Positions 27,046 through 37,138 of a DNA stretch of 42,721 nucleotides are shown here, piece by piece (position 1 is the first letter of the stretch; every line of letters starts with the position of its first letter). Position numbers and translations under genes: made by a program. The DNA is taken from the IMG/VR virus record IMGVR_UViG_2703718828_000007; one strand, written 5' to 3'. The notes under the pieces are model-generated. The model saw only the letters and a program-made list of their open reading frames with translations. It made no database searches and was not told the DNA's origin. The DNA comes from a virus. Taxonomy: Duplodnaviria; Heunggongvirae; Uroviricota; Caudoviricetes.

Positions 27046-27449
27046 TGGATCAGTTTGGTCAGAATGCGTTTGCGCCTGGCATGAAGAGCGCGCTGTTTGT
27101 TCCGGATCAGCTTGTCGCTGGCACGCTCCAGCTGGTGACTGACACCGGGATCATTACGGGCGGTGCCTTTAAGCGTGGTACTGTCCTGGGCCTGGTGGCT
27201 GCCAGCGGGAAATACACGCAATGTGTGAAAACGGCTGAAGATGGCAGTCAGTTACCCGTTGCTATTCTGGTTGATGATGTTGATGCATCGTCTTCCGATC
27301 AGAACGGCGGCCTGTATCTGATGGGGGAATTCAACCAGCACCGAATTATTTTTGATAACTCCTGGACGACCGCTGACCTGAAAAAAGCGCTCCGACCGCT
27401 GGCTATCTTCCTGAAAGACAGTGGCCAGGCACCTGTAACCACCTCCTGA
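27045..27449 (+). CDS. Head decoration protein (gpD-like)
   Basis: 134 aa directly upstream of major capsid gene. Confidence 0.5.
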   Translation: MDQFGQNAFAPGMKSALFVPDQLVAGTLQLVTDTGIITGGAFKRGTVLGLVAASGKYTQCVKTAEDGSQLPVAILVDDVDASSSDQNGGLYLMGEFNQHRIIFDNSWTTADLKKALRPLAIFLKDSGQAPVTTS

Positions 27450-27546
27450 TTTCCCCCACGGCTCTCCTGACGAATGCTTTAACCGGCAGGGGCTGGCTCG
27501 TTTAAATTTTTTGCCAGCTGCGGCTGGCACTATCAAGAGACTGAAT

Positions 27547-28596
27547 ATGGAAAATATTTTTGATACCAGCGTGCTGGTGCAGGTTGTTCCTAACCTGAAA
27601 ACCAGTCAGAACTGGCTGCTCGATCGCTTCTTCCCGAATGTCGTGACTTACGAGACTGAAGAAGTGGCGATTGATGTTGATGTCGGCCTGCGTCGTATGG
27701 CGCCGTTCGTCTCCCCGCTGGTGGAAGGTAAGCTGGTCGAATCCCGTAAATACCAGACCAATACCTTCAAACCGGCATACATCAAAGATAAGCGCGCGCC
27801 GGACCTGCGCAAACCTATCCGCCGCCAGATTGGTGAGCGTATTGGCGGGGAATATACCGCTGCCGAGCGCGAAATGCTGAACCTTCAGTTTGAAATGACT
27901 GACCAGATTGACATGATCAACCGTCGTCTGGAATGGATGGCGGCGAGTGCGCTGGTGTCTGGGACCGTAACCGTCGCCGGGGAGGGCTATGAAACTCAGG
28001 TGGTGGATTTCGGGCGTGCTTCGGATCTGACCATCACTCTTAGCGGCTCGGATAAATGGCCACTGACCGTTGCAGCTGGCGCTACCAATACCCAGCCATC
28101 AGATGACATTGAAATCTGGCAGACTACTTTCCTGAAAGAGTCCGGCTCTGTCGCCACGGATCTGGTCTTTACGAATAAGTCATGGCGTGCATTCCGACTG
28201 GATACCACCATCAAGGATAACGCCATTACATTCCCGGCGCTGAGCCCGTTTGGTAACCAGATTAACGCCGGCCCACAGGTAATGAAGGGCGCAATTTATA
28301 AAGGGCGCTGGGGTAACTTTGACCTCTGGTTATATAACGACTGGTTTATTGACCCGCTGGATAACGTCGAGAAGCCTATGATCCCCGATGGCGCTGTCAT
28401 TATGAGTGGTGCCGATCTGATGGGTACCCGCGCCTTTGGCGTTATCCTGGACCCGGCTTTCAACTACGGTCCGCTGGCTTATGCGCCAAAATCCTGGGTG
28501 AAAGAAGATCCAGCCCAGCGTCTTATCCTGATGCAATCCTCCCCGCTGGTTATTCCGAGCCGGGTAAATGCATCCCTCTGCGCAACGGTGGTCTGA
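27547..28596 (+). CDS. Major capsid protein (lambda gpE-like)
   Basis: Start at internal Met MENIFDTSV; C-terminal SWVKEDPAQRLILMQSSPLVIP resembles lambda E (from memory). Confidence 0.75.
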   Translation: MENIFDTSVLVQVVPNLKTSQNWLLDRFFPNVVTYETEEVAIDVDVGLRRMAPFVSPLVEGKLVESRKYQTNTFKPAYIKDKRAPDLRKPIRRQIGERIGGEYTAAEREMLNLQFEMTDQIDMINRRLEWMAASALVSGTVTVAGEGYETQVVDFGRASDLTITLSGSDKWPLTVAAGATNTQPSDDIEIWQTTFLKESGSVATDLVFTNKSWRAFRLDTTIKDNAITFPALSPFGNQINAGPQVMKGAIYKGRWGNFDLWLYNDWFIDPLDNVEKPMIPDGAVIMSGADLMGTRAFGVILDPAFNYGPLAYAPKSWVKEDPAQRLILMQSSPLVIPSRVNASLCATVV

Positions 28597-28597
28597 T

Positions 28598-28978
28598 ATG
28601 GCAAAACAACCTAATACCGGGCTGGCTGATGATCTGAATGCAGAAGGATCTGCCAAAGACGGCCTGAGCGTTGACGACCTGAATGCTGGCGATAACACCC
28701 AGGAAAAACAGCCTTTGAGCAAAACAGATGATGCCGAATTGTCTGTTGATGACGATGGTGGTGACGAAAAATCCGGAGACACTGAATCGCAGGAGTATGT
28801 GGTGTTGAAAGGGAATTGCATTCGTCATGACGGGGAGATGTACCGCGAAAATATGCGCATCCCTGTAACCGGCAAAGATGCTGAGCGTCTTCTGCAGTCC
28901 GGCGTTATTGCTGATGTTGATGTGCTTCGTAAGCGAGTTCTTGCTTCTCAGCCATCAGTTTCAGTTACGACAGGGTAA
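28598..28978 (+). CDS. Hypothetical acidic head-associated protein
   Basis: Start at internal Met MAKQPNTG 2 nt after capsid stop. Confidence 0.4.
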   Translation: MAKQPNTGLADDLNAEGSAKDGLSVDDLNAGDNTQEKQPLSKTDDAELSVDDDGGDEKSGDTESQEYVVLKGNCIRHDGEMYRENMRIPVTGKDAERLLQSGVIADVDVLRKRVLASQPSVSVTTG

Positions 28979-28982
28979 TGAC

Positions 28983-29342
28983 ATGGGCGTGGACTGGGAT
29001 TCTCATCTTCTGAGTCCGCTGCATGATGTCTTTGGCGATGAGCACGAGTACCGTCCACGTAACGGTACTCCTTTTACAATTAACGGGATTTTTGACCGTG
29101 GTTATGCGCAGGTTGCTGAAAACCTTGATGGCGATTCAGAAATTAACACCTCCAGCCCGATGTTGGGTGTGCGCGATGCTGAATTTCGCAAGCTGGGTAA
29201 ATCGCAACCTGCTGTATCTGACCGGGTATTTATAAAGACGGTCGGTGGTCACATCATCAATCAGTTATTTGTTGTGTCAAACGTCGAACCCGACAGTCAT
29301 GGCGGATCTCGTCTTGTCCTCAATGTGGTAAAACCGCGATGA
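28983..29342 (+). CDS. Head completion/head-tail connector protein (FII-like, tentative)
   Basis: 119 aa from internal Met MGVDWDS; position between head and tail genes. Confidence 0.4.
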   Translation: MGVDWDSHLLSPLHDVFGDEHEYRPRNGTPFTINGIFDRGYAQVAENLDGDSEINTSSPMLGVRDAEFRKLGKSQPAVSDRVFIKTVGGHIINQLFVVSNVEPDSHGGSRLVLNVVKPR

Positions 29343-29884
29343 ATTCAGCAGCGATTCGGCAAATGGTTGTCACTGCACTAACCGGGACAACCAGCGCGGG
29401 CGACCGCGTATTCTCTCCACGCGACTGGTCAACTTCACCAGATATGTATCCTGTGTTGTTGGTTCAGACGCCTTTTGAACAGAAAAAATCACAGGGGCGT
29501 AATACCCCTGCTTTTACCACCCTCACCACTGTCAGGATCACTGGGCGCGTTCAGGAGTATGACGGCGATACAGTGGATGATGGAGCCATGCGGGCAGAGC
29601 TGGCGCTTGAAAGCCTTCGCGAGCAGGTGGAGCGCGCGGTGATCAACAGCTACGAACTGACGCGGAATATTCAGAAATACGCGGAAGTTCGTTCAACCAT
29701 CAATGTTGATTCAGAAGGAGAGGCCCATATGGGGCAGCTTCTTTTCGAGATCGACATAGAGCATTACCAGGGGCCGGAAGATTTTTATCCTGTCCAGTCG
29801 GTTCCCCTTGAGGGCATGGATATTGCGGTCGACATGCCAGACGGCACAGTTAAACCGGGTATCAGCCTCAATCTTCAGGAGTAA
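29339..29884 (+). CDS. Hypothetical structural (neck/tail completion) protein
   Basis: 181 aa, 4-nt overlap with upstream gene. Confidence 0.4.
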   Translation: MNSAAIRQMVVTALTGTTSAGDRVFSPRDWSTSPDMYPVLLVQTPFEQKKSQGRNTPAFTTLTTVRITGRVQEYDGDTVDDGAMRAELALESLREQVERAVINSYELTRNIQKYAEVRSTINVDSEGEAHMGQLLFEIDIEHYQGPEDFYPVQSVPLEGMDIAVDMPDGTVKPGISLNLQE

Positions 29885-29887
29885 TCC

Positions 29888-30085
29888 ATGTTTGTTAAGC
29901 CGAACAACGGGCTCAGCGTTCGCTGCCCCGTCAAGGGCATCCCATTGCCTAAAGAGGGTGCTGAAGTACCTGACAATATTTTCTGGCGTCGCCGTCTGAG
30001 CGATGGGGACGTGATCCTCTCTAAAAAGGATGAGGGCGCGCCAGAGAAACAATCATTACCTAAAAAAGCGGGAGAAAATGAATGA
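29888..30085 (+). CDS. Small hypothetical protein upstream of sheath
   Basis: 65 aa, overlaps sheath start. Confidence 0.4.
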   Translation: MFVKPNNGLSVRCPVKGIPLPKEGAEVPDNIFWRRRLSDGDVILSKKDEGAPEKQSLPKKAGENE

Positions 30086-31584
30086 CCGTACCTTTCGCTC
30101 GTGTTCCCGATAACCTGCGGGTAGGGCTTTTCTTCGTTGAGTTTGATAACTCAATGGCGAATAACGCCACTGCCACGCAGCGCACCCTGCTTATCGGTGG
30201 GATGCTCAGTACCGGCTCAACCCTCCCTGGTATTCCGCAGCGAGTTTCCTCTTCGGATACCGTCGGTGAGCTGACAGGAAAAGGGGGAATTCTGCAGGCC
30301 ATGATGGCGGCGTATCAGAAAAATGATACCGCAGCCGAAGTCTGGATCCTGCCGCTGGAGGAAGACTCCGATTCCATGGTGGCTGCAACCGGCACCATTA
30401 AAGTGAGCAGCGCACCGACGGCAACCGGAGTGATCTCCCTTTATATTGCTGGTGAGCGCATTCAGTTGACCGTTGTAGCAACAGATACGGTGGCAGCGAT
30501 CGCCACCTCTCTGGCCGCGGCGATTAACGCAAAAACCACGCTACCTGTAACCGCCAGTGCGACTACGGATACCGTAACCCTGACCGCGAAGAATCTTGGT
30601 GCTACGGGTAATGGGATCGACATTCGCCTGAACTTCCTCGGCTTACCTGGAGGCGAGTCCACACCTGCAGGCCTGGAACTGACGATTACTGCTATGTCTA
30701 ACGGAGTCGGGGCTCCGGATATTACCGGCGCGCTGGCAAACCTGCAGGATCGGACATTCGATTTCATCATCAACCCTTACGACGATACAACCTCGTTGAA
30801 TGTGATGAAGGAGTTCCTGTCAGACACTGGCGGTCGCTGGGCATGGGACAAGCAGCTTTATGGCCATTCCTTTGGTACCACCACCGGGACTTACGCCCAG
30901 CTCGGTACCAAAGGTGAGCTGCGCAATAACCAGCATGAGACCCTGCTGGGCGTAAATAAATCGCCGTCCCCTTCCTGGGCATGGTCTGCAGCTTACACCG
31001 GCGCAGCTGCGGTGAGTCTGCGTAATGACCCCGGCCGCCCGCTACAGTCGCTCGCTGTTCAGGGGGTGCTTGCGCCAGAACTGCAGGATCGCTTTGAGCT
31101 GACCGAGCGTAACAATCTGCTGTACAGCGGCATTTCGACATTTACGGTCGATGACGATGGCACGGTGCGCATTGAAAACCTGATCACCACCTACCAGAAA
31201 AACAGCTATGGCGATGCAGATGACAGTTATCTGGAAGTGGAGACGCTGTTCAGCCTGATGTTTGTGACCCGCTACCTGCGCACAGCGGTGACCAGCAAGT
31301 TTGGCCGTATGAAGCTTGCTGCGGATGGAACCCGATTTGCACCTGGAGCGGCGATCGTCACGCCAAACATTATCAAGGCCGATCAGATTGCCGAGTACCA
31401 GACTCTGGTATGGAACGGTTATGCGCAGGATGCGGAGGCATTCGCAAAAAATATCATCGTCGAGCAGAACGCCAAAAATCCGAACCGCGTCGATGTGCTG
31501 TGGCCGGGAACCCTCATGAACCAGTTGCGCATTTTCGCGCTGCTCAATCAGTTCCGCACTCGGGCTGAATCAACAGGAGCTTAA
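30082..31584 (+). CDS. Tail sheath protein (contractile tail, Mu-like)
   Basis: 500 aa followed by tube, chaperone and tape-measure genes. Confidence 0.7.
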   Translation: MTVPFARVPDNLRVGLFFVEFDNSMANNATATQRTLLIGGMLSTGSTLPGIPQRVSSSDTVGELTGKGGILQAMMAAYQKNDTAAEVWILPLEEDSDSMVAATGTIKVSSAPTATGVISLYIAGERIQLTVVATDTVAAIATSLAAAINAKTTLPVTASATTDTVTLTAKNLGATGNGIDIRLNFLGLPGGESTPAGLELTITAMSNGVGAPDITGALANLQDRTFDFIINPYDDTTSLNVMKEFLSDTGGRWAWDKQLYGHSFGTTTGTYAQLGTKGELRNNQHETLLGVNKSPSPSWAWSAAYTGAAAVSLRNDPGRPLQSLAVQGVLAPELQDRFELTERNNLLYSGISTFTVDDDGTVRIENLITTYQKNSYGDADDSYLEVETLFSLMFVTRYLRTAVTSKFGRMKLAADGTRFAPGAAIVTPNIIKADQIAEYQTLVWNGYAQDAEAFAKNIIVEQNAKNPNRVDVLWPGTLMNQLRIFALLNQFRTRAESTGA

Positions 31585-31587
31585 ACG

Positions 31588-31959
31588 ATGGCAGGTGATA
31601 CTACTAACCGCCTGGCGGGAACCGCCTATGTCACTGTTAACGGTGTGACGGTAATGGTGGAGGGCTCGTTTAAATACCAGGCTGCCACCGTAAACCGTAC
31701 CACCCTGACAGGGATGGATGGTGTGCACGGATATAAGGAAAAACCTGTGGCGCCATACATTTCTGCCCGACTGCGTGACAGTGGCGGAACGAATGTGCAG
31801 GGCTTTAACCAGCAGACGAACGTCAACGTGATCGCCGAGCTGGCTAACGGGAAAACTATCATTGGCCGTTCACTCTGGACGGTCAACGTCCAGGAAGTGG
31901 AAAGCGAAGATGCAGTATTTGATGTTCGCTGGGAAGGCCGCGACGTAACGGAGAACTAA
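31588..31959 (+). CDS. Tail tube protein
   Basis: 123 aa immediately after sheath. Confidence 0.65.
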   Translation: MAGDTTNRLAGTAYVTVNGVTVMVEGSFKYQAATVNRTTLTGMDGVHGYKEKPVAPYISARLRDSGGTNVQGFNQQTNVNVIAELANGKTIIGRSLWTVNVQEVESEDAVFDVRWEGRDVTEN

Positions 31960-31960
31960 G

Positions 31961-32239
31961 ATGGCTGAGATTGAACGCGTTAAAACCATTCCATTAACCG
32001 TAGCGCTGGATGATGCTGCGGAGAAGACCACTTATACGCAGCTGGAGCTGAAAGCACCCACGCTAAGCCAGGCTGAGCAGTTTTACGAGAAACAGGCTGC
32101 GTCAACGTCGCTCGCGGCGATGCGCCTGCTTATTGCGCTGGTTTCCGGTACGCGTGAAAGCGTACTGCAGCCGATGGATTTTCTCGACTTCCGTAAGTGT
32201 GAGGAGTATCTGCTCAGTTTTTTGACCTGGAAGCCCTGA
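31961..32239 (+). CDS. Tail assembly chaperone (short form)
   Basis: 92 aa between tube and tape measure; slippery site near 3' end. Confidence 0.6.
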   Translation: MAEIERVKTIPLTVALDDAAEKTTYTQLELKAPTLSQAEQFYEKQAASTSLAAMRLLIALVSGTRESVLQPMDFLDFRKCEEYLLSFLTWKP

Positions 32240-32388
32240 CAACCTGGCAGGAAATGGCCGCTGACGTCACCTTCTATTTCCGCTGGTCTGAGGACAGGGC
32301 GTGGGGAATGACCCGCGCCCGGCTGAAATGGTGGGTGGCGCAGGCATCCCGGATAAACAAGCTTAGGAAACCTGAAGACGATGAGTAA
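32218..32388 (+). other. Programmed -1 frameshift extension of tail chaperone
   Basis: Slippery heptamer T_TTT_TTG at 32218-32224; -1 frame stays open through FFDLEALTTWQEMAADVTFYFRW...PEDDE to stop at 32386-32388, overlapping tape-measure start. Confidence 0.5.
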
Positions 32389-34309
32389 TTCTTTTGATTT
32401 TGAGCTGGTGGCCAGCGACCAGGTTAGCGAGGCTATAGACCGCATTAATGAGGCTGTCCGTGACCTGGAGCCGAAGCTAGATAAAACTAAAGAAGGGCTC
32501 AAGTTAGGCGGTCAGGAAACAGCCGACGGACTGAGCGGTTTTATTTCTCGCCTCGAGAATATGTCGAAGAGCGCGCGGGATAACGTGCAGTTTATTGGCG
32601 ACATGGTTCCCCCACTGAAAATGGTGGGGGAGCTCACGGGGAAGATGGGGGCGCTGGGGTTAGCCGGTGCTGCCGGCTACGGACTGAAACAGGTCGCTTA
32701 TGGATTTCGGGAGGCATCCCGTCAGGCCTATAATCTTGATGTCTCGGCAAAAAATGCGGGAATGCGCGTTGACGATTTTACCCGACTTTCCGGGGCAATG
32801 CGTATTCTTGGGGCAGACAGCGAGAGCGCTAATGCATCAATAGAAGGTATTTTCAAAGCATTCAATGAGGCTGCCAGTGGTAAAAACGAGGGGGTTATGG
32901 CAGCGATGGCGCAAATTGGTGCTCAAATCCAAAAAAACAGCGATGGTTCAGTAAATACCCTTAAAACACTGGAGTCTATCGCAAAAATTTTTCCAACCTT
33001 GCGACCTGAACAGCAGAAGTCCGCCGCTGATGCACTTGGGCTGACGCCCGAATTGCTGGCGCTAATGCGTGACGGTGAGCGCATGAAAAAGCTGCTGGCG
33101 AAATCGGATGAATTTGGTCTGACTGTGGATCCGGCACTAAATCAGCAATTGAGTGAAGTGAACGGCACTATGAATGAGCTCAGCGCATCCTGGGATGGTC
33201 TGTGGCAACGTTCAAAAAACAAGGCACTTAAGACCATTCTTTCGGATGGTTCAGTCAAAGACGGCCTTGAAGGTGTTACCGATCTGTTCACTAATGGTGA
33301 TTTTACTGGGCTGTCTCATGCTCTCGGTTTTATCAACAGCAATGATGCTGAGAAACTACGGCGCATTCAGAACGATAAGGAACTTTATAACAGCTTACCC
33401 CGCAGTGAACGTGGGCAGGTTGACGCGGGTTTCATGACTGATGCTGTAAGAAAGCGGTACGATGCGAATTACCGCGCGACCGATTCTGCGATTCAATTGC
33501 AGAATGACTTATCCGCTATCAGCCAGCCACAATCCAACGTTGCACGCGGCAATGTTCCTTACGGGGAAACAAGGAATAACGCAATTGGCTTCAGAAATAA
33601 TAATCCCGGTAATTTGAGGGCTGCAGCAAACGCAACGGGTAAAAATGGCGGATTTTCTACCTTTGCGAATGATGCCGACGGAAGAGCTGCAATGGCGAGA
33701 CAGCTGATGTTGTATGGTGACAGGGGGAATAATACTCTGGATGGGATTATTCATACCTATGCTCCGCAATCAGAGAATAATACTCGTGCATATATTGATT
33801 CCGTATCAAAAAGTACTGGGTTTGGAGCGCAGCAGCGTATTAATCTCCACGATCCTGATGTGTTAAAAACACTGATGGCAGCAATGATTAAACATGAAAG
33901 CGGAGCACAGCCGTATACCGAAAATGAACTGAGCGATTCTGTCCGGACGGCCATCATTGACGATCGGTGGAAGGGTTTACGTAGCCCGGAAGTTCTGGCT
34001 CAACAGCGATATGATATTATCTCAGGTTCGCAAACTGGAAATCGTGACTCCAGCACTCTTAGTAACCCGAGTGATGAAACTGATATTCTCTCAGGCTCGC
34101 AGAACAGAAATCGGGAATCCATCATTCTGAGTGATACGGGTAAGAAAAGTGATGAAAGTGTACTCGGCGACAATCTGGCTAAGTCTCTTAAAGAGGCAAT
34201 GTCAGAACAACCACTTAAGCTCGAAATCACAATGGTTAATGATAAGGGTGAGCGAAAAACCTATAATGCGGAAAATAATGGCAGAATAACAACGGCCATG
34301 AATTACTGA
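32381..34309 (+). CDS. Tail tape measure protein
   Basis: 642 aa, follows chaperone/frameshift. Confidence 0.75.
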   Translation: MSNSFDFELVASDQVSEAIDRINEAVRDLEPKLDKTKEGLKLGGQETADGLSGFISRLENMSKSARDNVQFIGDMVPPLKMVGELTGKMGALGLAGAAGYGLKQVAYGFREASRQAYNLDVSAKNAGMRVDDFTRLSGAMRILGADSESANASIEGIFKAFNEAASGKNEGVMAAMAQIGAQIQKNSDGSVNTLKTLESIAKIFPTLRPEQQKSAADALGLTPELLALMRDGERMKKLLAKSDEFGLTVDPALNQQLSEVNGTMNELSASWDGLWQRSKNKALKTILSDGSVKDGLEGVTDLFTNGDFTGLSHALGFINSNDAEKLRRIQNDKELYNSLPRSERGQVDAGFMTDAVRKRYDANYRATDSAIQLQNDLSAISQPQSNVARGNVPYGETRNNAIGFRNNNPGNLRAAANATGKNGGFSTFANDADGRAAMARQLMLYGDRGNNTLDGIIHTYAPQSENNTRAYIDSVSKSTGFGAQQRINLHDPDVLKTLMAAMIKHESGAQPYTENELSDSVRTAIIDDRWKGLRSPEVLAQQRYDIISGSQTGNRDSSTLSNPSDETDILSGSQNRNRESIILSDTGKKSDESVLGDNLAKSLKEAMSEQPLKLEITMVNDKGERKTYNAENNGRITTAMNY

Positions 34310-34340
34310 TCACTGTCGTCATTTCGTTAAGGAAGAAGTT

Positions 34341-34589
34341 ATGAATGAAAAAGTTTTTGGAGCAAAAGCCATTTAGACTCCAAAGGTTTTTGCGCTTGTT
34401 TACCTGGTAATTGGCATTTTCCTCGTTTTTTCTGTTGTCTCAATGAATTTCACGGCGATTACGATATCGGTGGTAAGTGCATTGCTTTTACGTGTGCTTT
34501 ATGAGTTCCTAATGAACTCATTCAAGGCGACTGAGCATCTTTACAGGATCGCCGAATCTCTTGACCGTAATGGATCCAGCGATAAATAG
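34341..34589 (+). pseudogene. Small hydrophobic ORF with in-frame TAG (moron-like insert between tail genes)
   Basis: AAGGAAG RBS then ATG at 34341, in-frame TAG at 34374-34376, then hydrophobic TPKVFALVYLVIGIFLVFSVVS...; intact 48-aa version possible from ATG 34443. Confidence 0.3.
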
Positions 34590-34614
34590 ATAAGTCATTT
34601 CAGTGCATATGTAA

Positions 34615-34637
34615 ACCGCCGACATGGCGGTTTTTTT
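34615..34637 (+). terminator. Rho-independent terminator after small hydrophobic ORF
   Basis: ACCGCC-GACAT-GGCGGT hairpin followed by TTTTTTT. Confidence 0.5.
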
Positions 34638-34649
34638 ATTTCCGGAGGC

Positions 34650-36056
34650 GTGATGCCGTCAATTATCCAGGACGCAATAACTTCTCTTTTGGGGGGAGAT
34701 ACCAGCGATGACTGGCAGGGGCAGTTACGGCCCAGCTCATTCAGAGGTGTGCCATTTGCAATTGTTGCTGAGGAAGGGAGCCACGGCCGACGCCAGGCGG
34801 TACATGAATATCCCTACCGTGATACAGCCTGGATAGAGGATATCGGGCGGGCAACACGGCGATTTGTTATTCGCGGTTTCTTGATCCAGAACAGCCAGGT
34901 TTACGGCGGCGGCGATGCTATCACGCAGCGCCAGTCACTGATTGAAGCCTGTGAACAAAAAGGTAGCGGTACGCTTGTCCATCCGACACTGGGCGAATTA
35001 ACGGTTTCCATCCCTGAGAATGGTTTGCGTATTTCCGGTTCGATGGAGAACGGGCGAGTATTTGAATTTACCCTGATGGCAATTGAATCAGGGCTTAAAG
35101 TGTTTGCTGTCACGGGCAGTACCGTTGCAGGCGCCACGGTGAAAACCAACTATCTGAAACTGGTCAGCACTGCTGTGCTGAGCACGATTGCCAGAGTTAA
35201 GAGTGAAATCCGCGGTGTCACACAGGCTATAAACACCATCAGAGGCACGGTCACGTTCTGGACTAACATGGTTGACAGCACCATCAGTCAGGTCACGAAT
35301 CTCAGCAATGTCCTGAACTCCACGTTCGGGAATACCCGGTACGGACGTTACAGTAAAGGCTCTGTGGGCGGTAGTTCCTCTGCTGTTGCTGGCAAATCGT
35401 CAGTTGCTGATGTGGATGATGAGAGAGCACTGGCTGACAAGGTAACAGCCCAGTCGGTAATGGACCGGAAAAATGTTACCGACAGGTCGAGCCAGCTTAG
35501 CAGCTCCAACACACCTGATGAGTTTGTCCAGGGCGTCGCCGACGTGGTAAACGCAATTCTTAACAGCGCCGGCAGCGTTAATGACCGAATCACAGCGCTG
35601 GAAAAACTGGCTAATTCAATCAGCACGGAGTACCAGCAGTCCGACAGCAGCAAAGCGATTTCGGCGACCATGAACACGCTGATTGTTGTGCTATGTACTG
35701 GTGCCATGACCAGTGCCGCTGCGGACTCCAGACCAGCCAGTACAGACGAGGCAGAAGAGTTAACTCAACGAGTTTCTGTGCAACTTGATACGGCGCTGGT
35801 TCTGGCTGGAGACCGCGCGGACGATGATATGTATAACGCGCTTCTCGCCGTCAGATCGGCATTCCTTTCTACGATGAGTGAGCGTGCTTCTGGTCTGAGC
35901 GAGCTTCTGCAGGTTACTACCGCTCAGCCGCTTCCGGCGCTGACGCTGGCAAACCGATTATACCAGGATGCCACCCGTGCAGATGAACTGGTACAGGAAG
36001 CGCGCGTACCGCATCCGGCGTTTATGCCGACAACCATGAAGGTACTGAGGCAATGA
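34650..36056 (+). CDS. DNA circularization protein (Mu gpN-like)
   Basis: 468 aa; position after tape measure in Mu-like tail order; probable start ATG 34653 after GGAGG. Confidence 0.5.
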   Translation: MMPSIIQDAITSLLGGDTSDDWQGQLRPSSFRGVPFAIVAEEGSHGRRQAVHEYPYRDTAWIEDIGRATRRFVIRGFLIQNSQVYGGGDAITQRQSLIEACEQKGSGTLVHPTLGELTVSIPENGLRISGSMENGRVFEFTLMAIESGLKVFAVTGSTVAGATVKTNYLKLVSTAVLSTIARVKSEIRGVTQAINTIRGTVTFWTNMVDSTISQVTNLSNVLNSTFGNTRYGRYSKGSVGGSSSAVAGKSSVADVDDERALADKVTAQSVMDRKNVTDRSSQLSSSNTPDEFVQGVADVVNAILNSAGSVNDRITALEKLANSISTEYQQSDSSKAISATMNTLIVVLCTGAMTSAAADSRPASTDEAEELTQRVSVQLDTALVLAGDRADDDMYNALLAVRSAFLSTMSERASGLSELLQVTTAQPLPALTLANRLYQDATRADELVQEARVPHPAFMPTTMKVLRQ

Positions 36057-37138
36057 ATGCAGACAGCGATCTGGATGTTGTTTCTTTGACGGTCGACGGC
36101 AAAATCATCGAGGGGTGGGATTCTGTCCGGGTAACGCGGGGTATTGAGCGTTTTCCCTCTGATTTCGATCTTGGGCTAATGGATTACTTCCCTGGCAACG
36201 AAGATCGTCAACTCGTTGAAGAGGGAATGTCTTGTGAAGTTCGTATCGGAGATGATCTGACACTGACGGGATATGTTGATGACTGGGAACCCGCACTATC
36301 GCGCTCCCGCCATGAGGTCCGCGCCACGGGCAGGAGCAAATGTCAGGACCTGGTGGATTGCTCAGCCGAGTGGCCTAACAACGTCATCAATGCCAGTAAT
36401 GCGCTTGAAATTGCTTCTCGCCTGGCATCCTACTACGGCATCACCGTAACCACGGATGTTGATGAACTTGTGAAGGTACCCCAGTTCACTCTGAACTGGG
36501 GTGAGTCTCCGCAAGAAGTCATCGATCGGGTGGCCAGATGGTCTGCTCTGCTTTACTACGATCAGCCCGATGGAAACCTGTTACTGACCCGGGTGGGAAC
36601 ACGTCGTGCGGCAAGTGGGATAGCCGAAGGGGTAAATGTCGAGCAGGCATACTACCGCAAATCGATGGCTGACAGGTTTTCAGATTATGTCGGTGTATCA
36701 ATGAGCGTTTCTCCAATTGCAGGGTATTCGCCTGATACGGCCTATGACGCTGTGACTCTGGCAACGGCGAGAGATCCGGAGGCCGCCCGCATGCGGTACC
36801 GAAAACATATATCGATTGTGGAAAGTACCCTGATGGCTACTCAACAGGCACAAAGTGCGATCGACTGGGAAATGAACCGGCGGTACGGACGTTCAAAACA
36901 GCTCTCGGTAACCATCGATTCCTGGCGGGATAAAGACGGGAAACTGTGGGAACCAAACACATTGATCCCCGTTGATCTTCCCACCTTACGGTTGCCGAAG
37001 ACTGAATTGCTACTGGCAGAAGTCACCTATATGCGCGATGACTACGGCACCCATGCACGCATGACGCTGATGCCGCCTGAAGCATTCTCCGTTCAGCCAT
37101 ATGCCTTCTACCAGAACCTGGCGGGATTCAATACATGA
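36053..37138 (+). CDS. Baseplate hub / tail protein (Mu gpP-like)
   Basis: 361 aa, overlapping gene chain. Confidence 0.5.
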   Translation: MNADSDLDVVSLTVDGKIIEGWDSVRVTRGIERFPSDFDLGLMDYFPGNEDRQLVEEGMSCEVRIGDDLTLTGYVDDWEPALSRSRHEVRATGRSKCQDLVDCSAEWPNNVINASNALEIASRLASYYGITVTTDVDELVKVPQFTLNWGESPQEVIDRVARWSALLYYDQPDGNLLLTRVGTRRAASGIAEGVNVEQAYYRKSMADRFSDYVGVSMSVSPIAGYSPDTAYDAVTLATARDPEAARMRYRKHISIVESTLMATQQAQSAIDWEMNRRYGRSKQLSVTIDSWRDKDGKLWEPNTLIPVDLPTLRLPKTELLLAEVTYMRDDYGTHARMTLMPPEAFSVQPYAFYQNLAGFNT

